Counted from the stretch's first letter, positions 1 through 9,422 are shown. The stretch: DNA of 39,365 nucleotides from Candidatus Iainarchaeum sp. (GCA_043809245.1 JAZDDZ010000022.1:1-39365); one strand, 5' to 3'. Numbers and translations: made by a program. Notes: a model not told the origin generated them from the sequence alone.

Positions 1-37
1 TGCTTTTTCTCGAACAACATTTACAGAATTAGTGCGT

Positions 38-140
38 TTAAGGGGACCATCTGGCTGTTCCCCTTAACAACCCCTTACCAAAGCCTCGATTCATCTATCC
101 CCTAAAGGGGATAAAGGTTTCTCTCGGCAACGGAACTAAA
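38..140 (-). mobile_element. Probable IS200/IS605-family left end (subterminal hairpins); element continues off the window to the left
   Basis: Perfect hairpin TATCCCCT-AA-AGGGGATA (96-113) in the context GATTCATC...GGTTTCTCTCGGC resembles IS200/IS605 ends. Second hairpin TTAAGGGGA..TCCCCTTAA (38-67). A minus-strand ATG at ~20 (MLFEKK) runs off the edge. Confidence 0.5.
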
Positions 141-195
141 ATTTCGAGCGGGCTGCTGATGAGAAGGTTTGAGTGAGAAAACAGGGAACGGTTTT

Positions 196-630
196 ATGGG
201 CAAAAGATTTTATCTTGACTCCAATGTTCTGATTGCATTTGTCAGGGAAGAGATGGATTCATCATTCAACTTGCACAGGATAGACCGCGAGCATTTTTTT
301 GCTTTATGCAGAAAACAAAAACACGAATTTATCCTGCCCCCCTTGTTTTTCACTGAAGTCAGAAAGGTTATTTCGCTTGAAAGGGAAACCGTGCTTGAAG
401 AATTCGAAAGGCTTCAATTGAAAGTAGCTGTTGCCGAAAAAGGGCCTTCAAAAAAACTCGTTTCAGAGATAGCAAGAAAAAGCGGAATCCATCTGGCTGA
501 TGCAACGCATGCGGCTTTCGCATGCGAAAACCAGGCTGACGCAATCATCAGCTGGAACAAAAAGGACTTCATTAAAACAGAAATGTTTGTTAAGTGCTTT
601 ACGCCTTTAGAGATTTTAGATAAGCCCTAG
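196..630 (+). CDS. vapC: PIN-domain (VapC-like) ribonuclease toxin
   Basis: YLDSNVLIA N-terminal PIN motif, conserved E, HLADATHAA and SWNKKDF motifs; ATG at 196 preferred. Confidence 0.85.
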   Translation: MGKRFYLDSNVLIAFVREEMDSSFNLHRIDREHFFALCRKQKHEFILPPLFFTEVRKVISLERETVLEEFERLQLKVAVAEKGPSKKLVSEIARKSGIHLADATHAAFACENQADAIISWNKKDFIKTEMFVKCFTPLEILDKP

Positions 631-871
631 CCAGCCCATCCCTTTCGCTATCAGAAAGTTCGCCTTTAAAGGCTGCTTTTTGCTGAAGCCTTTTTTTTGA
701 TTCCCTAACCGCAATCAAATCCCTCTCCAAAGACAAAACCCTTACAAGCTTTTCCCTGACAGCCTCCCTGACAAACTCGCTTTTTGACTGGTAAAGCCCG
801 GTTTTAGAAACAACCGAATCAATGGCCTTTGAAAAAGATTGTTCAGCAACAAAACTAATGGTGGTAGACAT
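599..871 (-). CDS. Ribbon-helix-helix (CopG-like) regulator / putative antitoxin
   Basis: TTISF...IDSVV..GLYQSKSEFVREAVREKL is a typical archaeal RHH signature. Confidence 0.75.
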   Translation of the reverse strand: MSTTISFVAEQSFSKAIDSVVSKTGLYQSKSEFVREAVREKLVRVLSLERDLIAVRESKKRLQQKAAFKGELSDSERDGLARAYLKSLKA

Positions 872-896
872 AACAAAAACAAATGGCAAAAAGAAT

Positions 897-914
897 ATAA
901 TAGCCTGCTATTAT
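897..914. promoter_or_regulatory. Palindromic operator upstream of the RHH gene
   Basis: ATAATAGC-CT-GCTATTAT perfect 8-bp inverted repeat ~25 nt upstream of the RHH start. Confidence 0.5.
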
Positions 915-941
915 CCCCCGCGCACCTTAATTAAAGCAAGG

Positions 942-2462
942 TTACTTATCCCTCATCACCGAGTTAAGCATTTTTTCAGTGGCTTTCACTGACGCCATCA
1001 GCTGGTCTGAGTCAACGCCTATTGTTTTAAAGCTGCGGCCGTTTGAATGCCAGGTGATGGTTGCCTCCACTAACGCGTCTGTTTTTCCGCCCGGCGGAAT
1101 CCTGACCTCGTAATCAGTTAACTGCGCCAAATCAAAGCCGCTTTTTTCAGCGGCTTTCCTCAAAGCGTTCATGAAAGCGTCATAGCCTCCGTCTCCCACG
1201 GATTCCTCGCTGAATTCGTTTCTGTTAATTTTCAAAGTGATTGAAGCCTTTGGCGTGATTCCCTTTCCTGAATTGATATTGCACGCGGTTATCTGCGCCT
1301 TTTGCTCCTGCGGGGTTTCAAGCACATCAGCAATGATGTATGGCAAGTCCTCTTGCGTCACGACTTTTTTCATGTCCCCAAGCTGAATTATGCGCTTCAA
1401 AACCTTTTCCTTGTCCTCTTTGCTTAGCTCCATTTTCAGCGCAGCAAGGTTCTGTTCAAGCGAAGCCTTTCCGCTTAATTTTCCCAGGGCATATTCCCTT
1501 TTCCTTCCAAACCTTTCCGGCAGCAAAGAATTCATGTAAAGCCTTGCCTTTGCGTCTCCGTCAGCATGGACTCCTGCTGTCTGCGTGAAAACATTCGCGC
1601 CGACAATCGGCTCGTTAGCGGAAATGCGTTTGCCTGAAAAGGTTTCAACCAGCCTGCTTGCGCTGACAAGGAAATTTTCGTTAACCTTGCACTTCAATCC
1701 AGCCTTGTCGTTTATTGCGGCAACCACTTCCGACAATGAAGCATTGCCTGCCCTTTCACCCAAACCGTTAACTGTTGCGTGCACCCCTTTCGCGCCGGCC
1801 TTCACTGCGGCTAAAGTGTTAGCTGTCGCAAGGCCGTAGTCGTTGTGCGCGTGAAAATCAAACCATTCCAAGGGAAATGCTTCAACTACTTCTTTCACGA
1901 AAGAAAAGGTTTCATCAGGAGAGAGAATTCCCAAAGTGTCGGGCAGCATTATTCGCTTCACTTTCATTTCCGCAAGATTTTTAATCAGGCTGAAAACGTA
2001 TTCCTTTGATTCCTTCATTCCGTTGCTCCATGCCTCCAAATAAACGTTTACAGTGAAGCCATTCGCCTTTGCCTGCACAACAGTTTCACTGATCTCCTTG
2101 AAGTGCTGTTCCGGGCTTTTCTTCAACTGCTCGGAGAGGTGCTTCAATGAGCCTTTCACCAAAAGGTTCAGGGTTTTTCCGCCGCACCCCTTAACCCATT
2201 CCACGGAAGCGCTTCCATCAACAAACCCGAGAATTTCAATTCTTTCAAGCAAGCCGTTTTCTTTTGCCCATTCAACTATTTTTTTCACGGCTTCCTCTTC
2301 GCCTTTTGAGACTCGCGCGGAAGCTATTTCAAGGCGGTCAACGCGGAGTTCCTGCAAAAGCATTTTGGCTATGTTCAGCTTCTCATAAGGGGAAAAGGAA
2401 ACGCCCTGCATTTGCTCTCCGTCGCGGAGAGTGGTGTCCATTACCTCTATTAATTCAGCCAT
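942..2462 (-). CDS. cimA: (R)-citramalate synthase / 2-isopropylmalate synthase (DRE-TIM family with C-terminal regulatory domain)
   Basis: DTTLRDGEQ, HAHNDYGLATAN, GLGERAGN, AGVHADG motifs; LeuA-type allosteric domain (GDGGYDAFMNAL, DYEVRIPPGG.TDALV). Confidence 0.8.
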   Translation of the reverse strand: MAELIEVMDTTLRDGEQMQGVSFSPYEKLNIAKMLLQELRVDRLEIASARVSKGEEEAVKKIVEWAKENGLLERIEILGFVDGSASVEWVKGCGGKTLNLLVKGSLKHLSEQLKKSPEQHFKEISETVVQAKANGFTVNVYLEAWSNGMKESKEYVFSLIKNLAEMKVKRIMLPDTLGILSPDETFSFVKEVVEAFPLEWFDFHAHNDYGLATANTLAAVKAGAKGVHATVNGLGERAGNASLSEVVAAINDKAGLKCKVNENFLVSASRLVETFSGKRISANEPIVGANVFTQTAGVHADGDAKARLYMNSLLPERFGRKREYALGKLSGKASLEQNLAALKMELSKEDKEKVLKRIIQLGDMKKVVTQEDLPYIIADVLETPQEQKAQITACNINSGKGITPKASITLKINRNEFSEESVGDGGYDAFMNALRKAAEKSGFDLAQLTDYEVRIPPGGKTDALVEATITWHSNGRSFKTIGVDSDQLMASVKATEKMLNSVMRDK

Positions 2463-2627
2463 TCACTTCACCTTCAATGAAAAAAATGCGTTCAGTTGAA
2501 TAAGCAAAAACTGCAAAATCAGGAAATGAATTGCGGAAGGATTTGTAAATCCCTTCTGAAAATGAAAGCCATAAATTGTTTCCGCTGCGAAAGGTTTTAA
2601 AAGCAAAGGCAAAGTGTAATTTTTCAT

Positions 2628-2741
2628 ATGGCTGATGAATTGGCTGCAAGAAAAATGCTCAAGATAAGCGAGGAAATTAGGAAGGGGAAAAGAAAGGTTT
2701 TCTCTGAAGAAGAAGTAAAGAAAAAATACGGCTTCAAGTGA
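2628..2741 (+). CDS. Short putative antitoxin (37 aa), not in ORF track
   Basis: MADELAARKMLKISEEIRKGKRKVFSEEEVKKKYGFK; C-terminus resembles the other RelE partners here (EIRAGKTVSFDEIKRKYG); directly upstream of a RelE-like frame. Confidence 0.6.
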   Translation: MADELAARKMLKISEEIRKGKRKVFSEEEVKKKYGFK

Positions 2742-2746
2742 TCCCA

Positions 2747-3111
2747 TTGTTTTCCATAGGGTTCGCTGATGGATGGGGCAAATGTTTCTTAAAATTTGAC
2801 AAAGCCGGCAAGGAAAAAATCTGGAAAAAAATACAGCAGCTAAAACTCTCCAAAAAAGAGCGGAGCGGTATTTGAGGCACGGCCTGCCATTCGTTGTTCT
2901 TGAATCAGGGCAGTACAGGGTTTGCTTTAAAGAATAGAGCGCTTTGATTAACCTATTTTTTCAGCAGTATCTCAGGCTGGTTTCAGAGGGAAGCCCGCAG
3001 GAAAAACAACCAGTTTGGAGGGATAATCAAACCCCTCAATATGAAAAAATAAGGGAAATTCATTTTGCCGGAAATCACAAGCAGTACGAGAAATGGATTA
3101 AAAGCCAGTAG
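2747..3111 (+). pseudogene. RelE/ParE-like toxin pseudogene (frameshift plus MITE insertion)
   Basis: LFSIGFADGWGKCFLKFDKAGKEKIWKKIQQLK / frameshift near GAGCGGAGCG (~2858) / RYLRHGLPFVVLESGQYRVCFKE [insertion] YEKIREIHFAGNHKQYEKWIKSQ*. Confidence 0.75.
2937..3037. mobile_element. 101-bp MITE with terminal inverted repeats and 4-bp target duplication
   Basis: Left end GAGCGCTTTGATTA vs right end (rc) GAGGGGTTTGATTA, 12/14 match; flanked by AATA (2933-2936, 3038-3041); removal rejoins the RelE frame (AAA GAA TAT GAA). Confidence 0.8.
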
Positions 3112-3118
3112 CCTAACC

Positions 3119-3970
3119 TCACATGCCGACTACAAGGATTTCCTTTGCCCACAAGCGCTCAATCTTTTGAATGATTTCTTCCATTTCTTTAGGGCACTCT
3201 CCGTAACAACTCACTGAATAGGTTCCGTAATCCATGCCTGGCGGCGAAGGCAAGTAGTTTACCGTAACCTTATATCCCGTGCCGTCCATCAGGTTTCTAT
3301 CAATGTATTCTCTGTCAAATGAAAAGAAGCTGTTTTTTCCAATAAGCGATATCAGGCTGCCAAATTCCTCCGCAGTTATTTTTGCCGAATCAGTTTCGCC
3401 TATTTCCATTTCGCCTGATTTTCCAGTATAGATTACACCCCCATTTCTGTCGATTTTTATTTCCGCAACGGAAAGAGGAGCACTCACGGCAAGGCTAACT
3501 GAAAGGATTTTCATCTCGCAGTTCCAACCTTTGAGGAAATGCTCGCCGCAGGTTTCCTCAACTGTTTTTTCGCCAGGAATTACATCGCAGTCCCACGCGG
3601 CGCAGATGCAGCCGGTTGCTTTAGAACAATCCGCTTCGGAAACGAAAGCCATTTTCTCTATAATTATGTGTTCGAATTCACCGCAACCAATTCGGGATAT
3701 TTCACAGCCTTCCTGATTGTTGTAGACTTTTTTAATTCTGCCTATTATATGGACGTTTGGCTCATTGTCGGCAAGAGCAAATAGGTCAATATAAGCAGGC
3801 TTAAACCTTTCATCAAATTCCGCCAAACGGCAATCACCTTCAGAGCAAAACTGGATGCCCTTGACGTGCGTTAATGTCCCTAGTTTATCTATTCTGCTGT
3901 TTTCTGCGGGGCAGCCGCTCAAAAGAATTGCTGCAAAAATAAAAAATGCAATAAAAAAAACATTATTCAT
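3119..3970 (-). CDS. Cys-rich putative lipoprotein
   Basis: Hydrophobic signal ending LLSGC; 283-aa ORF overlapping the antiporter stop. Confidence 0.7.
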   Translation of the reverse strand: MNNVFFIAFFIFAAILLSGCPAENSRIDKLGTLTHVKGIQFCSEGDCRLAEFDERFKPAYIDLFALADNEPNVHIIGRIKKVYNNQEGCEISRIGCGEFEHIIIEKMAFVSEADCSKATGCICAAWDCDVIPGEKTVEETCGEHFLKGWNCEMKILSVSLAVSAPLSVAEIKIDRNGGVIYTGKSGEMEIGETDSAKITAEEFGSLISLIGKNSFFSFDREYIDRNLMDGTGYKVTVNYLPSPPGMDYGTYSVSCYGECPKEMEEIIQKIERLWAKEILVVGM

Positions 3971-5751
3971 TTCACTACCCCTTTTTCTTCATTGGCTTTT
4001 TCTTCAAGGTATTTCATGTATTCATTGTCCAGTTTAAGCAGTTCGTCGAATTCCCCTGAGTCAAGGTATTTGGATAGCTTTTCAATGAAAATGTTGCCGC
4101 CAATCACGTGCGGCATCACTACAAAGTTTGCCCCTGCCTTGTAAAGCGCAAGGGCTTCGTGGAAATAATGTGCGCGCCCGCAGACAACAATTTCAGGGTT
4201 AAATTTTCTTGCAAGCTTGAGGAGGCGCAGCTGTCCTTTCACGTCAGGCACCATCATAAGCAAAAGCGAGGCGCCCTTCAAATTCAATCTATCCCATAAT
4301 TCCCTGTTTTCAAAACTGCCGTAAGCAGCGTTAATGCCTTTCCTTATCGCCTTGAACACTACCTCGGAGTTATGGTCAATCAGGACAAGGGGATAGTCGT
4401 CTTTCAAAACTTCGGCAACGCTGAAACCCATTACCCCGCCGCCGATAAGGACAATGTGCTTCTGGAGTTCGCCTGAAACCTTCTCCAAACCCCTTATTTT
4501 CCTATGCACAAATACATTTGACTTCAGGGAACGCATTCGCTTTGAAACAATGCGGTCAAGGTAGGCGTAAAGGAAAGACGAGTGCTCGAAAAGATAGGGC
4601 GCCAAAACCATTGAAACCGCGATAATGAAAATAATGAAAGAGTAAAGCCCTGGCGTCTGCTCCAAAACGTCTTTTCCCTGGCTTGCAAGAATGAATGAGA
4701 ACTCAGAGATTGGCACAAGGGAGAATGCGACAACCATTGAAAGCCTGCTTCCATAGCCTGAGAAAAGCGTCAAAAGATAGAACAGCAGGGGCTTCAACAG
4801 GAAAACAATAGCAACAATCAGAACAATCAGCCAAAAGTTTATCGCGGAAAATGCCAGCGAAATCTGCATTCCGAGGGTGACAAAAAAAATCGTGACAAAA
4901 AAATCCCTTAAAGCGCGAATGCGGTCAAAAACCTCCAGGCTATACGGAAGCGTTGAAAGGCTTACGCCTGCAATGAATGCGCCGACTGCAATTGAAAAAT
5001 TCATTGAATAGGATAGCAGTATGAAAAAGAAAGCGCTGGAAAGCGCTGCAAGGAAAAGCAGTTCGTCGTTCTGCGATGCAAAATCAAACAATGGCTTGTA
5101 AAAAAAGCGGTTCAAAAGAAAGGCAACAAAAATAAGCAGCAGGGCCTGGACAACCAGCGAAAAAAGCAGCGAAGTACCCGCGGATGAAATCGCGTCAAGA
5201 TTTGCAAGCAACGGAAGCGCAAGTATTACTATCACGTCCTGAATCAAAAGAAACCCAATCATGAGCCTTGCATGCAGGGAATTAATCTGCCTTGCATCAG
5301 ACAAGAGCTTTACGACAACCATTGTGCTGCTGAAGGAAAGAATCAAGCCCAAGTAAATCGCCTGAGAAAAAGAAAGAAGGTTGAACAACACATTCAGCAA
5401 CAGAACGCTTCCCGCGGTGATTAACACCTGCAGGCCCGCGCCCACAGCAACAGTTTTCCCAATGTCCCTTAACTTGGAAAAATCAGTTTCAACCCCGACG
5501 CCGAACAAAAGGAAAGCAACGCCCAACTCGCTTAAAATCGCCACATCCGCAAGATTCGTTATGCCCAATGGGATTCCATGGAAAACAATGCCCAATTGCC
5601 CCAATGCAAGAGGCCCCACAACAAGCCCAGCGACAAGGTAAGCCAAAAGCATTGGCTGCTTTAGCAGGCGGAAAATATAGCTGAAAAACGCAGCGGACAA
5701 AAGAATGAATGCAAGGTCAATTAAAAGCGAAAAATTGATTGCCGCAGCCAT
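3967..5751 (-). CDS. CPA2 cation:proton antiporter (Kef-type K+ transport) with C-terminal TrkA-N/KTN domain
   Basis: ~12 TM helices, ELGVAFLLFGVGVE, SFSSTMVVVKLL, LIQD, FFVTLGM; C-terminal HIVLIGGGVMG Rossmann motif. Confidence 0.9.
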   Translation of the reverse strand: MAAAINFSLLIDLAFILLSAAFFSYIFRLLKQPMLLAYLVAGLVVGPLALGQLGIVFHGIPLGITNLADVAILSELGVAFLLFGVGVETDFSKLRDIGKTVAVGAGLQVLITAGSVLLLNVLFNLLSFSQAIYLGLILSFSSTMVVVKLLSDARQINSLHARLMIGFLLIQDVIVILALPLLANLDAISSAGTSLLFSLVVQALLLIFVAFLLNRFFYKPLFDFASQNDELLFLAALSSAFFFILLSYSMNFSIAVGAFIAGVSLSTLPYSLEVFDRIRALRDFFVTIFFVTLGMQISLAFSAINFWLIVLIVAIVFLLKPLLFYLLTLFSGYGSRLSMVVAFSLVPISEFSFILASQGKDVLEQTPGLYSFIIFIIAVSMVLAPYLFEHSSFLYAYLDRIVSKRMRSLKSNVFVHRKIRGLEKVSGELQKHIVLIGGGVMGFSVAEVLKDDYPLVLIDHNSEVVFKAIRKGINAAYGSFENRELWDRLNLKGASLLLMMVPDVKGQLRLLKLARKFNPEIVVCGRAHYFHEALALYKAGANFVVMPHVIGGNIFIEKLSKYLDSGEFDELLKLDNEYMKYLEEKANEEKGVVK

Positions 5752-5803
5752 TAAACCACTTTAAAGAAATAGGCAAAGCGGATATAAAAGCGTTTCTGTG
5801 AAG

Positions 5804-7195
5804 CTACGCTTTACGCCACTTCACTCCCTTCGGAGTGTCGTCCAAAACAAGTCCGTTCTCCAAGAGCTTTTTCCTTAACTCGTCCGCTTTTGCGAAATCT
5901 TTTCCCTTGCGTGCCTTTTCACGCTCTTCAACCAGCTTCATTAATTCAGGCGAAAGCTTTTCCTCTTTTTTTTCAAATTCAAGGACATTGAAAACGGAAT
6001 CGATTTCACGCAGGAATGAAAGCATTTCCGCAGCGCCTTTTTTTCCAAGCTTTTTCCCATCAATCAGCCTGAAAGAATTATTTATGAACTTGAACAAAAC
6101 AGCCCATGCCTCGGGAAAATTGAAGTCGTCATCCATTGCTGCAACGAAATCTTTTTTTGCCGCCCCAAGCAGTTTTCCTGCTTCCCCACTTTCCTTTCCA
6201 CCCTCAGCTTCCTGCAATGCTTCAACAAAGCGGTCAAGCTTTTCAAGCTGTTCTTTTGCCTTCTGCATTGCTGCGTCACTGAAGTCAATTCGCGAACGGT
6301 AATGAACCGAGGCAATGAAAAAACGGAAAATTCTTGCGTTATGCTGCGCCAATAGCTCGGGAACTGTGATGAAGTTGCCCAGGCTCTTTGACATTTTTTC
6401 GCCGCTAACGTTCAAAAAACCCGTGTGCAGCCAGTATTTCACAAAAGGGCTTTTGCCTGTCGCTGCCTCGCTTTGCGCGATTTCGTTTTCGTGGTGCGGA
6501 AATATGAGGTCAACTGCGCCTCCGTGAATGTCAATCTGTTCGCCTAAAAGCTTTGAGGACATTGCACTGCACTCAATGTGCCAGCCCGGCCTTCCCTTGC
6601 CCCAAGGGGAATCCCAAGAGGGCTCATTCGGTTTGGCTTTTTTCCATAATGCGAAATCCCTCACGTTTTCCTTTTCATACTTGTCTGTTTCAACCCTTGT
6701 TCCGGTTTTTGCGTTCTTTAATTTCACGCCTGAAAGCTTTCCATAACCCTTGAATTTTTCCAATTTGAAGTAAACCCCGTCATCCGTTTCATATGCAAAG
6801 TCTTTTTCCTGCAGTGCCTTGACCATTGAAATTATTTCCGGAATGAATTCCGTCACGCGCGGATTAAATGAAGCTTTCTTTATCCCCAGCGCTTCCATGT
6901 CCTTCAAGAATTCCGTTATGTTTTTTTCAGCCAATTCAAAAATAGTTATGCCCTGCTCGTTCGCGCGCTTAATCATGTCGTCATGCACATCAGTTATGTT
7001 GTTCACGTACAAAACATCAAAGCCCTTGAACTCCAAGTATCTGCGGATGATGTCAAACGCAATGTATGTTCGCGCATGGCCAATGTGCGCTGGGCCGTAA
7101 ACAGTCGGGCCGCAGACATACATTCCCACTTTTTTGCCTTTAAGTGGCTTGAATTCCTCCAAACCACGTGAAAGCGAGTTATGGACTTTAAGCAT
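5804..7195 (-). CDS. cysS: Cysteine--tRNA ligase
   Basis: YVCGPTVY, HIGH, DFALWK, GRPGWHIECS, HGGAVDLIFPHHENE, KMSKS. Confidence 0.98.
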   Translation of the reverse strand: MLKVHNSLSRGLEEFKPLKGKKVGMYVCGPTVYGPAHIGHARTYIAFDIIRRYLEFKGFDVLYVNNITDVHDDMIKRANEQGITIFELAEKNITEFLKDMEALGIKKASFNPRVTEFIPEIISMVKALQEKDFAYETDDGVYFKLEKFKGYGKLSGVKLKNAKTGTRVETDKYEKENVRDFALWKKAKPNEPSWDSPWGKGRPGWHIECSAMSSKLLGEQIDIHGGAVDLIFPHHENEIAQSEAATGKSPFVKYWLHTGFLNVSGEKMSKSLGNFITVPELLAQHNARIFRFFIASVHYRSRIDFSDAAMQKAKEQLEKLDRFVEALQEAEGGKESGEAGKLLGAAKKDFVAAMDDDFNFPEAWAVLFKFINNSFRLIDGKKLGKKGAAEMLSFLREIDSVFNVLEFEKKEEKLSPELMKLVEEREKARKGKDFAKADELRKKLLENGLVLDDTPKGVKWRKA

Positions 7196-7246
7196 ACTGA
7201 AGACTTCAAGCGAAAAACATATATTAAAATAAGCGCTTTTCTAGTT

Positions 7247-8518
7247 ATGCCTTTGCCCAAAAAGCCAGGCGGCTATAAGCCGGGAAAAGCAAAACTGCCC
7301 ACGTCGAGAATTGTTTTAACAGAAGCCGAGTATCGGCTGCTTTTAAGCCAGGGAAAGCCTGTTCCACAGGGCGCTGAATTAATTGCCAGCCCAGTTATGC
7401 AAAAGACCGCAAAGCAGTTAAGGATTAGGTTCCACGCAGACGGTTCAATGGAAATCCCGTACTTTTACGGCCCTGAAGGAAAGTTGAGGGTAAGGTTCCT
7501 CAGACCCAGCACGATTCTCAAAGGCATAAGGCTTGTCAGCCACCAGATTAAGTCAGTTAGGTCAAAAATCGGGCAGGGAGAACAAATACTGGATATTGTT
7601 TCAAGAATGCACCATGATTTGGAAAAATACTGGCAGAGCTATAACCAAAAGCAGAGGGCAGCATTTACGCAGTATTTCGGCGAACTTTCCACAGCTCTTG
7701 CAAAAAACCCCGCTCTTCTGGTCGACGAGAACAAAATCCATGCAATTGAAAGGTTCGAAAATGCAAGGCGGCTCATAAGTGAAGGAAATGCATCGGCTGC
7801 ATCGGCAACAATCAGGGGAATTGAAAACAACCTTAAAAACTGGCTGAGAAAACTGCGGCTGCAGCAGCCAAGGCTCCTAAGGAGGCGCGCACTTGTCATT
7901 GACAAAAAGTTCCAGAAGGATGCCAGGATTTTTGACTCCCTTGACACACTGATAAAGCTGTTCAATAAAATTCCCAAAGCAAAAAATAATCCGCGGCTTA
8001 GGGAAAGCATTGCAGGGGAACTTCTTTCAGTTAAAGGAAATCTGTTTGCAACAGGCCTTAGCGCATTCAAGCAGCAGGGAAAAATAGCAGAAAAAGCGGC
8101 AGCCCTTGTCAGAGAAGGCGACCTTGCAAAGGCAAAGGGCTATATAAGGGATATAAACAAGGGTATAACCATTGCAGCATCTAAAATATCGCCGATTTAT
8201 CCTGACAAGCTTGTGGAAATAAAAAGAAGCACTGACGCGAAGTTCAAGCAAACCGTTTTAGAAAGGCAGACTGTGATTTTCCACGACATGCTTGAGGAGT
8301 GGTTCAACCCAAAAGAAAGGGAAAAAACAAAATTAATGCTTGAAACAATAAGGGAACTTTCCTCGCTTGCTGAAAGCATTGGAAAAAATGGCGCGGCAAG
8401 ATATATCTCGAGGGCTGCAGAAGAATTTGGCGCGGGAAATGTTTTTGCGGCAACGCGTTCTTTTGAAAATGCGGCGGTTGCGGTGAACCCTTCGCTGGCA
8501 AAAGAATTAAATGGCTAA
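7247..8518 (+). CDS. Hypothetical basic, helical protein
   Basis: ~423-aa ORF divergent from cysS; no recognised motif; ATG 7247 avoids overlap with cysS. Confidence 0.7.
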   Translation: MPLPKKPGGYKPGKAKLPTSRIVLTEAEYRLLLSQGKPVPQGAELIASPVMQKTAKQLRIRFHADGSMEIPYFYGPEGKLRVRFLRPSTILKGIRLVSHQIKSVRSKIGQGEQILDIVSRMHHDLEKYWQSYNQKQRAAFTQYFGELSTALAKNPALLVDENKIHAIERFENARRLISEGNASAASATIRGIENNLKNWLRKLRLQQPRLLRRRALVIDKKFQKDARIFDSLDTLIKLFNKIPKAKNNPRLRESIAGELLSVKGNLFATGLSAFKQQGKIAEKAAALVREGDLAKAKGYIRDINKGITIAASKISPIYPDKLVEIKRSTDAKFKQTVLERQTVIFHDMLEEWFNPKEREKTKLMLETIRELSSLAESIGKNGAARYISRAAEEFGAGNVFAATRSFENAAVAVNPSLAKELNG

Positions 8519-9126
8519 TTTGTTTTCATCCAGCCAAGTTGTTCAAGCGTTTCACGTGCTCTTTTTTTCACAATTGCCTCAGGGTCATTGAGCGCCTGCT
8601 TCAATGCGGGTTCAACGGTTTTCCTGAACGTTTTATATCCACTTAGTGAAATCGCTGCCGCAAACCTTGCATCCTTGCTTTTGTCAGTTGTTAATGCCTT
8701 TGCAAGAAGCCCCGCGGCTTTTTTGTTCACAAGCCTGTCAAGCGCATAAATGGCCTGCATCCTAACAAGGCCTTCAGGGTGAGTGGCCGCTGCTTTCAGT
8801 AATATTGAATCTGATCTAGGGTCATTATTTCCGCTAAGCCTTTTTACAGCATTTCTCATTTCCTCAATTGTTCTGCCCTTCCAAAGAATTTTGTTTAAGT
8901 TTCTAATTATTGGCCTCAGCATGCTTTTTCTGGTAAAAAAAGGCACGTTGACCGTCTTTTTTTCAACTGCTCCAATGCGTTCCCTGTTCCGGGCATTGCT
9001 TGAACCATAAAGATTGCCAATCCTTAGTTGGTTCTTAACAAATCTAATTTCATGCGCAGTCAAGCCCAAGGTCATAACCTTTGTCCAGGGGCTCCTGGCG
9101 CTGCTTAACAATTTTTTTAAAGCCAT
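8515..9126 (-). CDS. HEAT-repeat protein
   Basis: C-terminal HEAT/PBS-lyase repeats (VRMQAIYAL, ARFAAAISL, LKQALNDPEAIVKKRARETL). Confidence 0.75.
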   Translation of the reverse strand: MALKKLLSSARSPWTKVMTLGLTAHEIRFVKNQLRIGNLYGSSNARNRERIGAVEKKTVNVPFFTRKSMLRPIIRNLNKILWKGRTIEEMRNAVKRLSGNNDPRSDSILLKAAATHPEGLVRMQAIYALDRLVNKKAAGLLAKALTTDKSKDARFAAAISLSGYKTFRKTVEPALKQALNDPEAIVKKRARETLEQLGWMKTN

Positions 9127-9422
9127 TACAAAAAAAAGGGTTAAAGCATTTAAAAAAAGAACAGAAAACAAAAAATATGGCTAAATCATTACCTGACACG
9201 CACAGGATCCCTTTGGATTCAGCTTCCGCAGGCAGCTTCTTTGGGGAAGTAATTTTCAGCCATTAAAAAACCCCTCTAAAACGTCTAAAAAATTTAATCA
9301 TTTTAAAGGTTTTTTGGGCGTTTATTTTTTAAATGCCTTGCGTTTTTGCCCCTGCAATTGGGCTATCCCTTACATTTAAATTATTTATGGATGCGAAAAA
9401 TAATATGGTTTCAGTGCTTCAA

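Noticed and set aside
2455-2747. 64- and 94-aa minus-strand ORFs upstream of cimA
   Set aside because: They overlap the promoter region and the plus-strand antitoxin; no recognisable protein features
9189-9263. Mini-ORF MAENYFPKEAACGS-TGA-IQRDPVRVR as a UGA-recoded peptide
   Set aside because: TGA serves as a normal stop in many genes here; no SECIS-like or homology support
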